The position numbers and the translations under genes are program-made. From contig NMRA01000607.1 in NCBI GenBank assembly GCA_002633005.1, positions 124,001 to 188,000 on the forward strand: DNA of 64,000 bases, given 5' to 3'. Of the stretch, positions 62,789-64,000 are shown piece after piece. Positions within the stretch are counted from its first letter, which is position 1. Every line of letters starts with the position of its first letter. The stretch comes from Phoronis australis. Lineage: Eukaryota; Animalia; Phoronida. The notes under the pieces were generated by a model that saw only the letters and a list, made by a program, of their open reading frames with translations, ran no database searches and was not told the origin of the DNA.

Positions 62789-63508
62789 TTTATCCCACGC
62801 GCGTTGAATCTGTCGAGGGAAATATGGCCATGAAATAAAGCTTTCCGTATTCATCTCCCGCACTACTATAACAGCGACCTCTGACATGGAAAGTTCAAAA
62901 GGTAGGTCAATATCGACTCGACGACTTCTGAGCTGGTTCGATATCAAGCTTTTCGAATATAGTTTAACGTAACACAGTTGCAACAGTGTAACTAACACTC
63001 GATATGCAACCAGGTCCTAAACGTAAAACCTGGAAAGAAACTGTTAATTATAAGACACTTATGTCTCAGTTTTCAATTGCTGAATAGTATATCGTCTGCA
63101 ACTCAGGCACCGATTCCTAGAAAATTAAAATATCAAATATTGTCGTTTTTTAACTATTTCCAGGAGATATTACAAGTTCACTGTTTAGTTGCCGTTGTTT
63201 TCATCTTTGCTACCTCTTTTCAAGAAATGCACTGTTTCATTTACAAGAGAGAACTTGAAACTTAACGCGCAAGTACATACATATAGGATGTGATCCGCAT
63301 TGTGAACAGTCTGGATGAAGTATTTGAAAAATCTGCCGAAAAAAGCAAGAAACTTAGGGATTCGAAGCGCATGGGATAAATACAAAACGTACCTCGAGAC
63401 ATTATTCCGCGTATAGACCGAGACCGAAGGTCGAGGTCGATACGCGGAATAAGGTCGAGTGGGATATTACTTCATGTACGCCGCTCTCGGTACGTTTTGT
63501 GTATATAT
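62789..63508 (-). mobile_element. Hairpin-ended non-autonomous element, copy 3
   Basis: Collinear with 20255-21015 (near-identical spurious ORFs YLSH.LRIPKFL); apex gaccgaaggtc; about 25 nt deleted from the proximal arm. Confidence 0.88.
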
Positions 63509-64000
63509 TCTGTGAAAGAAGGGAGCAGGTAGTCTGAAGTTAACTTTTATCAAACTGCCATTAGTTGGGTGACAATGCCTCTTTAATAAAATTTAGCGAT
63601 AAAGAACGTTGCATTGATAGCAAAACAAGTTGGAATCAATAACATGATCACATTACGTGTGATATATAAGTGTTCAAGATGAAATCGCGAAAACGGTGCT
63701 GCAGTTTTTTGAATTATAATTTCGTTTACGCTTTACGCAAAAGTTGAGGTTTTGCATGGAAATTTTAAAATTCCCTATTATTAGTAGCCCCTGATCGAAA
63801 AGTGGAACATTTTAAAAACAATATCTCATCGCGTGGTGAAGAGCAGTGCTTGACACATTTGAGAGTTTGATGCGAATTCGACAAGACGTTTCTGTGTTAT
63901 GATATTCCGAAACTAGCCAAATTTGGATATTTGTGTAGGGTCCTACTTAACCCCCAGACTTCAACACTTTAGATTGAAATAAGTTATTCTACCCATGATC

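Overview
This is intron-rich animal genomic DNA, AT-rich and probably from a marine invertebrate; it is not prokaryotic. The main feature is a large minus-strand secreted mosaic lectin gene that I assembled exon by exon from splice signals and reading phases. Its order is signal peptide (29672) - Sushi - PAN - PAN - C-type lectin (CTL) - TSP1 - LamG/pentraxin-like - PAN - CTL - WSC - TSP1 - WSC - PAN - CTL - TSP1 - PAN - CTL (to 2437), probably continuing into a fibrinogen C-terminal (FReD) domain that runs off the window start. That is 23 exons and about 1770 codons in the window, with every domain junction in phase 1. Directly upstream (41421-32339) is a diverged copy of its N-terminal five-exon block (Sushi-PAN-PAN-CTL), which may be a paralog or an alternative N-terminal cassette. 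Further up is a Thr-rich mucin-like ORF ending in an LDLa module (48538-47489). Introns and intergenic DNA hold many transposon relics: three copies of a hairpin-ended element whose hairpin core occurs in three flip/flop orientations, a pogo-like and an ISL2EU-like element nested in one of those copies, several MITEs, microsatellites and one assembly gap. Domain and family calls are by-eye motif recognition, not database results.
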